From a virus, in IMG/VR virus record IMGVR_UViG_3300046318_000165, positions 1 through 64,000 of that record: a DNA stretch of 64,000 nucleotides; one strand, 5' to 3'. This document shows positions 1 through 9,825 of the stretch, in pieces. Numbering within the stretch: position 1 is the first letter of the stretch; each line of letters starts with the position of its first letter. The translations under genes and the position numbers were made by a program. The notes under the pieces were generated by a model, which saw only the letters and a list, made by a program, of their open reading frames with translations, made no database searches and had not been told where the DNA came from.

Positions 1-2
1 AG

Positions 3-1367
3 AACTTTGCTGAACTTGCTGCATCTAACGCTCTAGTTCGTCCAGGTGCTATGAACACTATTGGTAAGGACTACATTGCTCGTAAGCACGGTAAGCAGAA
101 TATTGCATACCACCACCAGGTGATGAAGTCATTTACTTCTGAGACTTATGGCTGTGTTTTGTATCAGGAACAGGTTATGCTTGCCTGTACAGAACTTGGC
201 GGTATGACAATGGTTGAGGCTGACAAGGTTCGTAAGATCATTGGTAAGAAGAAAGATGCAAAAGAGTTTGACCAGTTCAAGGATAAGTTTGTTACTGGAG
301 CATCACGCTTTGTAGCACAACCAGTAGCAGAAGAACTATGGCATGACTTTGAGGCTCACGCTGGATACTCATTCAATAAGTCACACGCTGTAGCATATTC
401 TACTGTATCTTATTGGACAGCATGGCTTAAGTATCATTATCCTATTGAGTTTATGTATTCGCTACTCAAGAATGAGGGTGATAAGGATGCTCGTACTGAA
501 TATCTGATTGAAGCAAAGCGTATGGGCATTCCTGTGCGTCTACCACACATTAACGAATCAGACATTGATTTCAAGATTGAGGGCAAGGGAATCCGTTTTG
601 GTCTTACAGCAATTAAGTTCATATCCGATAATATTGCAAGCAAGTATATTTCTGCTCGCCCTTTTAACAGTTATAAGGAGCTTGAGGAGTTCACATTTGG
701 TAAGGGTAACGGTGTTAATAGTCGTGCTCTACAGGCTCTACGTGTGATCGGTGCTGCAACATTCCCAGATAATCCAAGGAATGATGAAGAGGTCAAAGAG
801 AATCTATATGAATATCTAAACCTACCAGAGTTCAATATCTCTATTCCACAGCACTATCACGCCTTTATTAATGACGTAGAAGAGTATGAGGAAAAAGGTG
901 CATACATTCTTATGGGAATGGTAAAGGCTATCAAGCGTGGCAAGGGATGGTCAAGAGTAGAGCTTCTAGATAAGACTGGTAGCACTGGTATCTTTGATGA
1001 AGAGCAGACTGGTATTGAAGCAGGTAAGACTTATATTATTCTTGCCAGCGATAACCGTGTTGTTACTGCTATTCCTGCTGATGAAATTCGTGGTAGCGAA
1101 TCAGGACTTGTAAAGATCCTTAACTACCGTCAGTTGCCATACAAGGATGAAGAACTATTTGTAGTCTCATTCAAGCCACGAGTTACCAAAGCTGGTAAAA
1201 AGATGGCTTCCCTAGTTCTGGCTGATTCTAGTCGTGAACTACATAGCGTTACAGTATTCCCAACTTCATTTGCTAAGGCATACATGAAGATTGACGAGGG
1301 TAAGGCTTACACATTTTCCTTGGGTAAAACTAAGGATGGAACAATAATTATGGAGGATGTAAAATAA
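3..1367 (+). CDS. dnaE: DNA polymerase III alpha subunit, C-terminal part (5' end outside window)
   Basis: Frame open from window start (..ASNALVRPGAM); DnaE motifs ETYGCVLYQEQVM, AGYSFNKSHAVAY, LPHINES, IRFGLTAIK. Confidence 0.95.
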   Translation, partial: NFAELAASNALVRPGAMNTIGKDYIARKHGKQNIAYHHQVMKSFTSETYGCVLYQEQVMLACTELGGMTMVEADKVRKIIGKKKDAKEFDQFKDKFVTGASRFVAQPVAEELWHDFEAHAGYSFNKSHAVAYSTVSYWTAWLKYHYPIEFMYSLLKNEGDKDARTEYLIEAKRMGIPVRLPHINESDIDFKIEGKGIRFGLTAIKFISDNIASKYISARPFNSYKELEEFTFGKGNGVNSRALQALRVIGAATFPDNPRNDEEVKENLYEYLNLPEFNISIPQHYHAFINDVEEYEEKGAYILMGMVKAIKRGKGWSRVELLDKTGSTGIFDEEQTGIEAGKTYIILASDNRVVTAIPADEIRGSESGLVKILNYRQLPYKDEELFVVSFKPRVTKAGKKMASLVLADSSRELHSVTVFPTSFAKAYMKIDEGKAYTFSLGKTKDGTIIMEDVK

Positions 1368-1711
1368 TGGAACTATCATTTGATGATATTGCAACAGAGT
1401 TGCATGAACTAGCAGTAGAGAAAGGCTTCTGGAGCGTCCTAGACGATGCCACGCAGGAGCAGACTGATATTTTTATGACTAAACAGTTGATGATGATTGT
1501 ATCAGAGGCTGTAGAGGTTATGGAGGCTATTCGTAAGGATAAGGGTCCAGAAAATATTGCAGATGAAATGGCTGATATTCTTATTCGTACTTTCGATCTA
1601 TATGCTGGATTAGTTGAGCATGGCTATACTGCTGTATCACTTGACTATGCTTTTGAAAATAAAACTAGCGTAAATAAACTTCGTGCACAGAAGCATGGGG
1701 TGCGTTTTTAA
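1367..1711 (+). CDS. MazG-like nucleotide pyrophosphohydrolase
   Basis: EAVEVMEA..ENIADEMADILI EXXE-type motifs. Confidence 0.8.
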   Translation: MELSFDDIATELHELAVEKGFWSVLDDATQEQTDIFMTKQLMMIVSEAVEVMEAIRKDKGPENIADEMADILIRTFDLYAGLVEHGYTAVSLDYAFENKTSVNKLRAQKHGVRF

Positions 1712-2718
1712 TGACTACTATTGAAGAGGCAATGGCAGCACTTGATCCACGTATCCGCAAGCGTCTCACAAATGGAGTTGGATTTAAGACAGACTATCAG
1801 CCCACACCTAGTTTTGGTTTGAATCGTGCTCTAAATGGTGGTCTACCATATGGTCGCCAGGTACTAATTTGGGGTAGTAAATCATCAGCCAAGTCTTCAC
1901 TATGTCTACAGATGATTGCTCTTGCTCAAGAAGAGGGTAAGTTATGTGCGTGGATTGATGCTGAGATGTCATATTCTGAGGAATGGGCTAAGGCTCTTGG
2001 GGTAGATACTGATAATCTAATTGTATCACAAGCTCGTACTATCAATGAAATGGTGGATGTAGGAACTAATCTAATGAATGCTGGAGTAGATCTAATTGTT
2101 GTAGACTCTATTACTTCATTGCTACCTGCTATCTATTTTGAAAAGGGAACTGATGAACTCAAGGAACTGGAAAATACCAAGCAGATTGGAGCTGAATCAA
2201 GAGATTTCAGCAATGCGTGGAAGATGCTTAACTATGCTAATAACAAAGTTAAACCAACTCTTTTCGTACTTATTTCTCAAAGCCGAAACAATATTTCTGC
2301 CATGTATACATCGCAGCAGCCAAGCGGTGGTCAAGCGACTAAGTTTTATTCGTCAACCGTTATTAAGCTTTTTTCGTCAGAATCCGATAATCAAGCTATC
2401 AAGGGAAAGATTTCGGTTGGTGATAAACTTATCGAAGAAAAGGTGGGACGCAAGGTTAGATGGGAAGTCCAGTTCTCCAAAACATCGCCAGCCTTCCAGA
2501 GTGGTGAATATGATTTCTACTTTAGAGGTGATGTTGGCATTGACAGTATTGGTGATCTTGTTGATACTGCTGAAATGATGGGTATCGTAGAACGCACTGG
2601 TGCGTGGTATATTCTTTCTGACGGTAGCAAGATCCAGGGTAGGGATAAGTTTGTAGCAAGGGTAAGAGAAGACTTAGATCTACAAGATGAAATTAAGGCT
2701 AAGGTAGCTAATGGCTAA
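1711..2718 (+). CDS. recA: RecA-like recombinase
   Basis: Variant Walker A GSKSSAKS, WIDAE, LIVVDS, SQSR, GGQATKFYSS, GAWY. Confidence 0.93.
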   Translation: MTTIEEAMAALDPRIRKRLTNGVGFKTDYQPTPSFGLNRALNGGLPYGRQVLIWGSKSSAKSSLCLQMIALAQEEGKLCAWIDAEMSYSEEWAKALGVDTDNLIVSQARTINEMVDVGTNLMNAGVDLIVVDSITSLLPAIYFEKGTDELKELENTKQIGAESRDFSNAWKMLNYANNKVKPTLFVLISQSRNNISAMYTSQQPSGGQATKFYSSTVIKLFSSESDNQAIKGKISVGDKLIEEKVGRKVRWEVQFSKTSPAFQSGEYDFYFRGDVGIDSIGDLVDTAEMMGIVERTGAWYILSDGSKIQGRDKFVARVREDLDLQDEIKAKVANG

Positions 2719-2896
2719 GTATACATTAATTCACGGTGACTTTGTTTGCCACGTTTGCAAAACATCAATTAAAACTTTAAGGTTTTATCCAGATGAAAAA
2801 GAGTTAAGCTGGATGTGTCCAGATAAGCACCTTAGTTCTGTTGATTTAAATACCAAAAAGAATAGGAAAGATTATGAGCGAGAAGAGCGAGAGTAA
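2711..2896 (+). CDS. Small Cys/His (Zn-binding) hypothetical protein
   Basis: CHVC and CPDKH motifs; overlaps both neighbours. Confidence 0.6.
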   Translation: MAKYTLIHGDFVCHVCKTSIKTLRFYPDEKELSWMCPDKHLSSVDLNTKKNRKDYEREERE

Positions 2897-3161
2897 ACGC
2901 ATTGGGGCAAAACAACATAAGAACTCTGGTCGTGGAACGCATAAAGGCGATGCTACCTGGGAAAACTTTACTGTGGACTTCAAAGAAGTTGGACGCTCTT
3001 TCACGCTCAATAAGGAAGTCTGGGCTAAAGCAACTACTGATGCTATACGTAATGGCAATGATCCTGCCATTGTTGTTGTTATTGGTGAGAACGGTATTAA
3101 AACAAGATTAGCAATAATTGAATTATCGCTACTTGAACAAATACTCTCTGATGGTGTATAA
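2874..3161 (+). CDS. PD-(D/E)XK Holliday-junction-resolvase-like nuclease
   Basis: NSGRG..KGD..VDFK pattern. Confidence 0.65.
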   Translation: MSEKSESKRIGAKQHKNSGRGTHKGDATWENFTVDFKEVGRSFTLNKEVWAKATTDAIRNGNDPAIVVVIGENGIKTRLAIIELSLLEQILSDGV

Positions 3162-3188
3162 TAGAACTACAATATTAAAAGGAATAAA

Positions 3189-3494
3189 ATGGAACAGCAA
3201 CAAACAACACTAGAAATGGTCAATGGTCTTACAGAGATTGCTGACTTTATGAATGATGAAGAACTAACAGTAGCATTAACTTTCATTGCCAAGCTTATTC
3301 TTAAGCCTGACGTTCCACTTAATGTTGCCACTGTGGAGATTGTAAGACTACAGGCAATTGCTGCCAAGATGTCACTCAAAGCCACATGGATGGTCAACGT
3401 AGATAAAGGAGATAGAGCGAAGAAGAATATATACTTCACTGCTGCAGAGGCTATTAATAACCTCGTATCAGCACTCAAGTATATTACTCGCTAA
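3189..3494 (+). CDS. Hypothetical helical protein
   Basis: ORF with RBS aagga and upstream TGTATAAT. Confidence 0.65.
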   Translation: MEQQQTTLEMVNGLTEIADFMNDEELTVALTFIAKLILKPDVPLNVATVEIVRLQAIAAKMSLKATWMVNVDKGDRAKKNIYFTAAEAINNLVSALKYITR

Positions 3495-3500
3495 AAGATT

Positions 3501-4307
3501 ATGGCTAAAAATTTATTAAGTCAAGTAATGCTAAAGGTAGAAGACAAAATTACATCTAAACCATCTTTCATTGATAAAGACGCACTTATTGCAAAGATTA
3601 ACTCTGGATATACTATTAATCGTGTAGACAAGTTTCAAACCAAAAAGACATTTGCACCAAGTACTATTGCATACTCTCACGGAGAATGTCCTCGTTATTG
3701 GTATCTAGCTTTTGAGGGTGCAAACTTTACAGATAATGCTGATGCTTATGGCGGTGCTAACATGACTGCTGGTACAAAGTCACATGAGCGTATTCAGGAA
3801 GCTATGGGAAATGTCCCAGACTTTCTGATTGATTCAGAGTTTAAGATTACATATGATAGCCCACCTATCTTCGGATATGGTGACGTTATGCTTAACTGGG
3901 AAGGCACAGAACTTCTCGGTGAAATTAAGACTATGCCGAATGAAGGATTTGAATATAGAAAGATAGCTGGCAAGCCAAAGCTTGGTCACATGGTTCAGTT
4001 GCTTATTTATATGAAGATCAAGAATAAGAGCAAAGCCGTACTTATTTATGAAAATAAAAACAATCACGAATTGTTGATTTTTCCTATTGAATTAAATACG
4101 TATATGTTTGAGTGGGTAGAGAACACATTTGAGTGGATGCGAACAGTCCGTAAGGCATGGGAAGATAAAACCCTGCCTGAGAAAAACTATCGTTCTAACT
4201 CAAAGATTTGCAAGACTTGTCCAATTAGAGAAGCTTGTGATAATGCTGGTTCTGGAGTGATCAAGATCAATTCCCTGGAGCCACTAGATGAAAAACAAAC
4301 ACTGTAA
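3501..4307 (+). CDS. Cas4-like / PD-(D/E)XK exonuclease
   Basis: N-terminal CPR, GT..H, GD..EIK, Q..Y and C-terminal CKTCP..C. Confidence 0.8.
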   Translation: MAKNLLSQVMLKVEDKITSKPSFIDKDALIAKINSGYTINRVDKFQTKKTFAPSTIAYSHGECPRYWYLAFEGANFTDNADAYGGANMTAGTKSHERIQEAMGNVPDFLIDSEFKITYDSPPIFGYGDVMLNWEGTELLGEIKTMPNEGFEYRKIAGKPKLGHMVQLLIYMKIKNKSKAVLIYENKNNHELLIFPIELNTYMFEWVENTFEWMRTVRKAWEDKTLPEKNYRSNSKICKTCPIREACDNAGSGVIKINSLEPLDEKQTL

Positions 4308-4593
4308 ATGGTGCGATAATGCATTTGAAACAACTATAAACTATCAGATATATTGTTCTGCTGAATGTAGAGATTCTGCAACAAAAGAAAAAATAGCACA
4401 ACGCTATCTGGTAACTAGAAGGAATAATCCTAATAGAAAACAAAGAGTTTGTAAACAGTGTAATACAAAACTGTCCATATATAATGATGATGTCTTATGT
4501 CAAAAGTGTTTAATAAATCCACAAGACATTAGCAAAGCATTAAAAGATATTAAAGGATTAGCAAATGGTAAAGATAAACCAACCGACAATTAA
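4288..4593 (+). CDS. Zinc-finger protein
   Basis: CKWC, YCSAEC, CKQC, CQKC. Confidence 0.65.
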   Translation: MKNKHCKWCDNAFETTINYQIYCSAECRDSATKEKIAQRYLVTRRNNPNRKQRVCKQCNTKLSIYNDDVLCQKCLINPQDISKALKDIKGLANGKDKPTDN

Positions 4594-5134
4594 ACCAAAG
4601 ACTATATGCTCTATTGATGCTAGTACAAATAGCATTGCATTTGCAATATTTGAGGATGACAGTCTTATTCAGTATGGAAAGATTAACTTTGTTGGAACAA
4701 ACACATATGAAAAAGTAATGGATTCTGGCAGGAAGATCAGAGCATTCTTTAAACTATATGAAAATATTGATGCTATTGTTATTGAGCATACAGTATTTAT
4801 GAATAGTCCTAAGACTGCTGCTGACCTTGCCTTGGTCCAAGGAGCGATATTAGCTTCTGCTGGTATTGACAAGATTCGTTCTGTTGCTCCTATTACCTGG
4901 CAGATATATATCGGTAATCCAAAACTATCTAAACAAGAACTTTCTGATCTTAAAAAGCAAAACTCTGGAAAGAGTGAAGCCTGGCTCAAGACATATGCGA
5001 GGGAATTTAGAAAACAAAGAACAATAAAGCTAATAGATATCATCTATGATAGAATTGTTACAGATAATGATGTTGCAGATGCCATCGGTATTGGGCATTA
5101 TGCAATAAATAACTGGGATAAGTTGACAAGGTAA
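4565..5134 (+). CDS. RuvC-like resolvase
   Basis: SIDAS, VIE and DVADAIGI catalytic pattern. Confidence 0.8.
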   Translation: MVKINQPTIKPKTICSIDASTNSIAFAIFEDDSLIQYGKINFVGTNTYEKVMDSGRKIRAFFKLYENIDAIVIEHTVFMNSPKTAADLALVQGAILASAGIDKIRSVAPITWQIYIGNPKLSKQELSDLKKQNSGKSEAWLKTYAREFRKQRTIKLIDIIYDRIVTDNDVADAIGIGHYAINNWDKLTR

Positions 5135-5137
5135 GAA

Positions 5138-5293
5138 ATGGCTGCTAAACTATATACATCAGAAACATGGCTACGCAAACGTTTTCATTTAGATAAGAAG
5201 TCTCCAGAAGAGATTGCAAAAGAATGTGGCGTTAGTGTTGAAACAATTTATGTATATCTCGCAAAATTCGGATTAAGAAAGTCTAAAAGATAA
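5138..5293 (+). CDS. Small HTH DNA-binding protein (not in ORF track)
   Basis: Translates MAAKLYTSETWLRKRFHLDKKSPEEIAKECGVSVETIYVYLAKFGLRKSKR. Confidence 0.75.
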   Translation: MAAKLYTSETWLRKRFHLDKKSPEEIAKECGVSVETIYVYLAKFGLRKSKR

Positions 5294-5583
5294 TGGGTCG
5301 TAGAAAAAAGTATGTAGCTCCTGAAATTTCAAAAAAGTTTCACCGTGAACCAACTGTAGTTGTTGATGGATTTGAAATTAATCATGGAGACATCATCAAG
5401 ATTAAAGACGAGTTTGGTGGCAAGTTTAAGTTTGATTATCTAGTAACTAATACCGAAACTGGTGCACAATGGATTGACTGCTTTGAGATTATTGGATCAG
5501 TCCCATCAGTATTCCGTTCTTTTAAGATAGAACGCATTAAGCGTATTCCAAAACGTGGAAAGAGAGCAAAGCGTGTCGTTTGA
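5293..5583 (+). CDS. Hypothetical protein
   Basis: Coupled ORF in operon. Confidence 0.6.
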   Translation: MGRRKKYVAPEISKKFHREPTVVVDGFEINHGDIIKIKDEFGGKFKFDYLVTNTETGAQWIDCFEIIGSVPSVFRSFKIERIKRIPKRGKRAKRVV

Positions 5584-6112
5584 AGACTTAACAGTAGAAC
5601 ACCTTGATGAAGTAAACAAGGTTGTTGAAAAGTATCTAGCAGGTAATGAGCCTACTCAGATTTCTAAAGAACTTGCTATGCCAAGACAAAAAGTTGTTGC
5701 GTACATTAATGAGTGGAGGGCAATGGCTGCAGACAATGCTGCTATTCGTGCCAGGGCTAAGGAAGCTCTTGTTGGTGCAGACACTCATTACACAAAGCTA
5801 ATTGCTAAGGCATATGAAGTTATTGATGATGCAACTACAACTGCAAACTTAACTGCTAAAACTGCTGGTATTAAACTTGTTATGGATCTTGAATCTAAGC
5901 GTATTGATATGCTACAGAAAGCAGGACTCTTAGAGAACAAAGAACTTGCAGAAGAAATGATTGAGATTGAACGCAAGCAGGAAGTATTAGTAAATATCCT
6001 AAAAGACATTGCTAGTGAGCATCCAGATGTTAGAGACAAAATTATGTCAAGACTAAGTTCTGTTGCCAAAGAACGAGAAGTAGTTACTGTGGTGATTAAT
6101 AAAGATGTTTGA
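5555..6112 (+). CDS. Probable terminase small subunit (HTH plus coiled coil); likely start GTG near 5573
   Basis: N-terminal HTH (TQISKELAMPRQKV); directly upstream of and overlapping TerL. Confidence 0.6.
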   Translation: MEREQSVSFEDLTVEHLDEVNKVVEKYLAGNEPTQISKELAMPRQKVVAYINEWRAMAADNAAIRARAKEALVGADTHYTKLIAKAYEVIDDATTTANLTAKTAGIKLVMDLESKRIDMLQKAGLLENKELAEEMIEIERKQEVLVNILKDIASEHPDVRDKIMSRLSSVAKEREVVTVVINKDV

Positions 6113-7880
6113 TGATTTCTTAGATGCTTTAAAGTCTGATAATTTTGCTGAGATTCCAGTAGATGCTAAAACATTTGTTGAGGGTGAACAGTATCTAAAC
6201 CAGCCACCTTTATCACAGGTTCAGTATGACATTGTTGAGGCTATGAGTCAGATTTATAAACTTGAAGATCTTATTGACATTCTAGGAGAAGAAGAAGGTA
6301 GACGCTATTATAAAAAATACACAAAGAATGAAGTTATCCTACAACTTGGTAAAGGTTCTGGTAAAGACTTTACCTCTACAGTTGCGTGTTCTTATATCGT
6401 ATATAAGTTACTTTGTCTTAAAGACCCTGCTCGCTATTTCGGTAAGCCTAGCGGAGATGCTATTGATATCATTAACGTGGCGATTAACGCACAGCAAGCA
6501 AAGAACGTTTTCTTTAAAGGATTCAAAAACAAGATTGAACGAAGTGAATGGTTTGCTGGAAAGTTCTATGCAAAAGCGGAATCAATTGAATTTGATAAAT
6601 CTATTACAGTTTATTCTGGACACTCCGAACGTGAAAGCCATGAGGGACTCAACCTTATCTTGGCGGTTCTTGACGAGATTTCTGGATTCGCTCAGGAAAT
6701 TGGAACTGGTAATGACCAGGGTAAAACTGCAGATAACATTTACAAAGCTTTCCGTGCGTCTGTTGACTCACGATTCCCAGATCTTGGTAAGGTTGCTCTC
6801 CTATCGTTCCCACGGTATCCTGGAGACTTTATCTCGCAAAGATATGATGCAGTAATTGCAGATAAAGAAGTTATAACAAAGCATCATAAGTTTATTATGA
6901 ATCCAGATTTACCAGAAGATTCTGATGGAAATTCACTAGAAATTGAATGGGATGAAGATACAGTTCTTTCATATAAATATCCAGGCGTGTTTGCACTCAA
7001 GCGTCCTACCTGGGTAGTTAATCCTACTCGTAGCATTGAAGACTTTAAAGTATCATTCTTTACAGACCTTGGAGATGCTATGCAACGTTTTGCTTGTGTT
7101 CCAACTTTTTCATCTGATGCTTTCTTTAAGCAAGTAGAAAAGGTTCAAGCTGCAATGACCATTAGAAATCCAATTGATTCTAATAAACGCTTTGATGAAT
7201 CATTTAAGCCTGATCCAGACAAGAAGTATTATGTTCATGCTGACCTTGCACAGAAGCACGACAAGTGTGCTGTTGCAATTGCTCACGTTGAAAAATGGGT
7301 AAATATTCAGGTAGTTAAAGATTATCAACAGGTAGCACCTATCGTAATAGTAGATGCTGTAGTTTGGTGGGAACCTAAACGAGAAGGTCCAGTAAACCTA
7401 TCAGAAGTAAAACAATGGATTCAAAACTTGCGTAGACAAGGATTTGACATTGGAATGGTTTCATTTGACCGTTGGCAATCATTTGATATTCAGAATGAAC
7501 TGAAGCAGGTTGGTATTAAGACTGAAACTGTTTCTGTTGCCAAGAAGCACTATGAGGATATGGCTATGCTTATTTATGAAGAGCGTCTAGCCATGCCAGC
7601 AATTGATCTTTTGTTTGAAGAGCTTACAGAACTTAAGATAGTTAAACAAAACAGGGTTGACCACCCACGAAAATCTTCTAAGGACTTAGCTGACGCAGTA
7701 TGCGGAGCAGTCTTTGGGGCAATATCACATACACCTAAAAATCTAAATCAAGTAGTTGAGATTCACGAGTTTAGAGATAGACCAAAACAAGTACTTGACA
7801 AGGGTATTGACAATGTGATAAGATTGAAGCCTATGCCAGATGAAGTAAAGGATTATCTGGGTAGTTTCAATTTACTATAA
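6105..7880 (+). CDS. terL: Terminase large subunit
   Basis: Walker A GKGSGKD, Walker B AVLDE, nuclease HADLA..D, FDRWQS, KDLADA. Confidence 0.92.
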   Translation: MFDDFLDALKSDNFAEIPVDAKTFVEGEQYLNQPPLSQVQYDIVEAMSQIYKLEDLIDILGEEEGRRYYKKYTKNEVILQLGKGSGKDFTSTVACSYIVYKLLCLKDPARYFGKPSGDAIDIINVAINAQQAKNVFFKGFKNKIERSEWFAGKFYAKAESIEFDKSITVYSGHSERESHEGLNLILAVLDEISGFAQEIGTGNDQGKTADNIYKAFRASVDSRFPDLGKVALLSFPRYPGDFISQRYDAVIADKEVITKHHKFIMNPDLPEDSDGNSLEIEWDEDTVLSYKYPGVFALKRPTWVVNPTRSIEDFKVSFFTDLGDAMQRFACVPTFSSDAFFKQVEKVQAAMTIRNPIDSNKRFDESFKPDPDKKYYVHADLAQKHDKCAVAIAHVEKWVNIQVVKDYQQVAPIVIVDAVVWWEPKREGPVNLSEVKQWIQNLRRQGFDIGMVSFDRWQSFDIQNELKQVGIKTETVSVAKKHYEDMAMLIYEERLAMPAIDLLFEELTELKIVKQNRVDHPRKSSKDLADAVCGAVFGAISHTPKNLNQVVEIHEFRDRPKQVLDKGIDNVIRLKPMPDEVKDYLGSFNLL

Positions 7881-7900
7881 CAACTAATATAAGGAGAATA

Positions 7901-8479
7901 ATGACGATTAAGAAAATCGCCACCGCAGTAATTGCTACTGCACTAGCCATTGGCACACTAACCGCACTACCAGCAAATGCTGATAATGATGGAGATAACT
8001 CTAGTTCAGTTATTGCAGATCTACGTTCAGAGATTGTAACTCTGAATGGAAAGCTTGCGGATGCTGCAACTGCTAAGGCAACTGCTGATTCAACCATCAC
8101 AAGCCTACAGCAGTATGTAATCATCCTACAGGCAAATCTAGCAAACTCAGCTGCAGATGCTGTCAAGGATAAGGCTACTGCTGATGCAACTATTGCATCT
8201 CTACAGGCAGACAAGGTTAAGGATGCTGCAACCATTTCTGCTCTACAGGCAGAACTAGCTAAGGCTAAGGCTGATGCTGGAACTGATAAGAACAAGGATG
8301 CTGCTACTATTGCAGCTCTCCAAGCAGAGCTTGCTAAGACTAAGGTTGATCTAGCTGCTGCTGTAACCGCTGGTGGAACTGTTGTTAACGAACTAAAGGT
8401 TAAGTACAACAAGCTTGCAAAGCGTTTCAATTCAAAGGTTCGCAAGATTCACCGTGTAGCACTTCTACCTCTACCATAA
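7901..8479 (+). CDS. Secreted coiled-coil protein with Ala-rich internal repeats
   Basis: Signal peptide ending PANA; about 4 repeats like ADATIASLQA / DAATISALQAELAK. Confidence 0.7.
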   Translation: MTIKKIATAVIATALAIGTLTALPANADNDGDNSSSVIADLRSEIVTLNGKLADAATAKATADSTITSLQQYVIILQANLANSAADAVKDKATADATIASLQADKVKDAATISALQAELAKAKADAGTDKNKDAATIAALQAELAKTKVDLAAAVTAGGTVVNELKVKYNKLAKRFNSKVRKIHRVALLPLP

Positions 8480-8492
8480 GGTAGTATTTTAA

Positions 8493-8523
8493 GAGGGGGC
8501 TGGGAAACCAGCCCTCTTTTTTT
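8493..8523 (+). terminator. Intrinsic terminator
   Basis: gggctgg-gaaa-ccagccc followed by T run. Confidence 0.8.
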
Positions 8524-8548
8524 ATTTAAATAATGATATACTTGTTTT

Positions 8549-8902
8549 ATGGACAATGAACTGACACCAGAAACACCATCAGAAACGCTCCAGGATGCCC
8601 CTAGAAGCGATTTAGAGGGTAGTATAGATACATCTAAGGTCGTAATTAAGAAACAGGGCAGAGTTGCCGAATTCATATTCAAAACACTAGCTATCTTTTT
8701 AATCTCAGCAATCTCTGCTATTGGTGTGGGTGCGTTAATCGGGGTAGATGCTTGGAAAACAATCGTTATTGCTGGTGTAATAGGATTACTAAGAGTATTA
8801 GAAAACATAGCCAGAGGATACATAGATGATGGTCAACTCACTATTGGCGAAATAGATAATGCTTTTAAAACTGTTGACGAACAATCTGATGAAAATATTT
8901 AA
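8549..8902 (+). CDS. Two-TM membrane protein, possibly holin-like
   Basis: Two hydrophobic segments. Confidence 0.55.
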   Translation: MDNELTPETPSETLQDAPRSDLEGSIDTSKVVIKKQGRVAEFIFKTLAIFLISAISAIGVGALIGVDAWKTIVIAGVIGLLRVLENIARGYIDDGQLTIGEIDNAFKTVDEQSDENI

Positions 8903-8954
8903 AAAAGTTGCTTTTTTATTTGACAACTAAATGACCTACTGCTATAATTGATAC

Positions 8955-9128
8955 ATGACAGAAAATGATAAAGTATGGAAATGGCTACAGGTTGGTATTG
9001 ACAATGGATGGGTCACAGAACCATTTTGCTACACGCATGATGGAGACCCATACATGTCTGAAGAAGAAGAAAAAGAATGGGAAGATGGCGGAGATCCATG
9101 TGCTCCAGTAATTAAGATTTTGGTATAA
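8955..9128 (+). CDS. Small acidic hypothetical protein (not in ORF track)
   Basis: MTENDKVWKWLQVGIDNGWVTEPFCYTHDG..; preceded by TTGACA..TGCTATAAT promoter. Confidence 0.65.
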   Translation: MTENDKVWKWLQVGIDNGWVTEPFCYTHDGDPYMSEEEEKEWEDGGDPCAPVIKILV

Positions 9129-9143
9129 TATAATTTAATACTT

Positions 9144-9215
9144 TCCTCCTTAGCTCAATGGCAGAGCAGAGAGCTGTTAACTCTAAGGTTGTTAGTTCGA
9201 ATCTAGCAGGAGGAG
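9144..9215 (+). tRNA. tRNA-Asn(GTT)
   Basis: Acceptor TCCTCCT/AGGAGGA, loop CTGTTAA, T-loop TTCGAAT. Confidence 0.93.
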
Positions 9216-9218
9216 CAA

Positions 9219-9404
9219 TATAGGTCGCACCTATAGGAGGCTAATATACCTTCGTAAACGTATATTCGGTTTGACTAGGCATACCGAGATCCTAATAGAC
9301 TGGGAATCTAAAAGTTCTAGCGTTGGCTCTATGAACCTTTGTAGAGACAGTATCCAATACTGTGCTTATTGGACAGTGAGCAGAGGTCGCTAACTCTGGC
9401 TCAC
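9219..9404 (+). ncRNA. Candidate structured RNA between tRNA-Asn and tRNA-Trp
   Basis: Six consecutive hairpins, no ORF. Confidence 0.5.
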
Positions 9405-9408
9405 ATCT

Positions 9409-9479
9409 ATCACCCAAGTGTTACGGTAGCACAGCAGTCTCCAAAACTGTTGGACAAGGTTCAATTCCTTGGGGTGGTG
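9409..9479 (+). tRNA. tRNA-Trp(CCA)
   Basis: Acceptor ATCACCC/GGGTGGT, loop CTCCAAA, T-arm CAAGG-TTCAATT-CCTTG. Confidence 0.88.
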
Positions 9480-9481
9480 CG

Positions 9482-9657
9482 ATAGACGTGACTGTTTATG
9501 TTAGGTGTCTAGTACCGAATTACTAGAACGTTACCCAGTAGCGTTATGATTGGAAGGCGTACCAAAGCCTGACCCCTAAAGTGGGGATTGGTGCTGTTAC
9601 TCGCAGGTAGTCAGGTAAAGAGTCAGTGATGGATTATTTAGTCAATAATCGCATCAC
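9482..9657 (+). ncRNA. Candidate structured RNA between tRNA-Trp and tRNA-Gly
   Basis: Nested stems tgactgttta/taaagagtca, tctagta/tactaga, aggc/gcct, cccc/gggg, gattatt/aataatc. Confidence 0.45.
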
Positions 9658-9661
9658 ATTT

Positions 9662-9732
9662 GCGAATATAGTGTAGTGGTAACACAAGACTCTTCCAAGG
9701 TTTTGATGCGAGTTCGATTCTCGCTATTCGCT
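9662..9732 (+). tRNA. tRNA-Gly(TCC)
   Basis: Acceptor GCGAATA/TATTCGC, loop CTTCCAA. Confidence 0.9.
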
Positions 9733-9825
9733 CAAATAGGTTAATGGTGTATAACGCACCTACTTGCAAGGTTAACCTGTGGTGTAAAAGTCCACCGAGT
9801 CCGATGGGGCGATATCTTCGGTTTA

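Noticed and set aside
3-7880. Inteins in DnaE, RecA or TerL
   Set aside because: Lengths are ordinary and no intein splice-junction motifs are visible in the window.
9219-9822. tmRNA or group I intron in the tRNA cluster
   Set aside because: No tmRNA-like ends or tag ORF, segments under 200 nt, and flanking tRNAs are uninterrupted.
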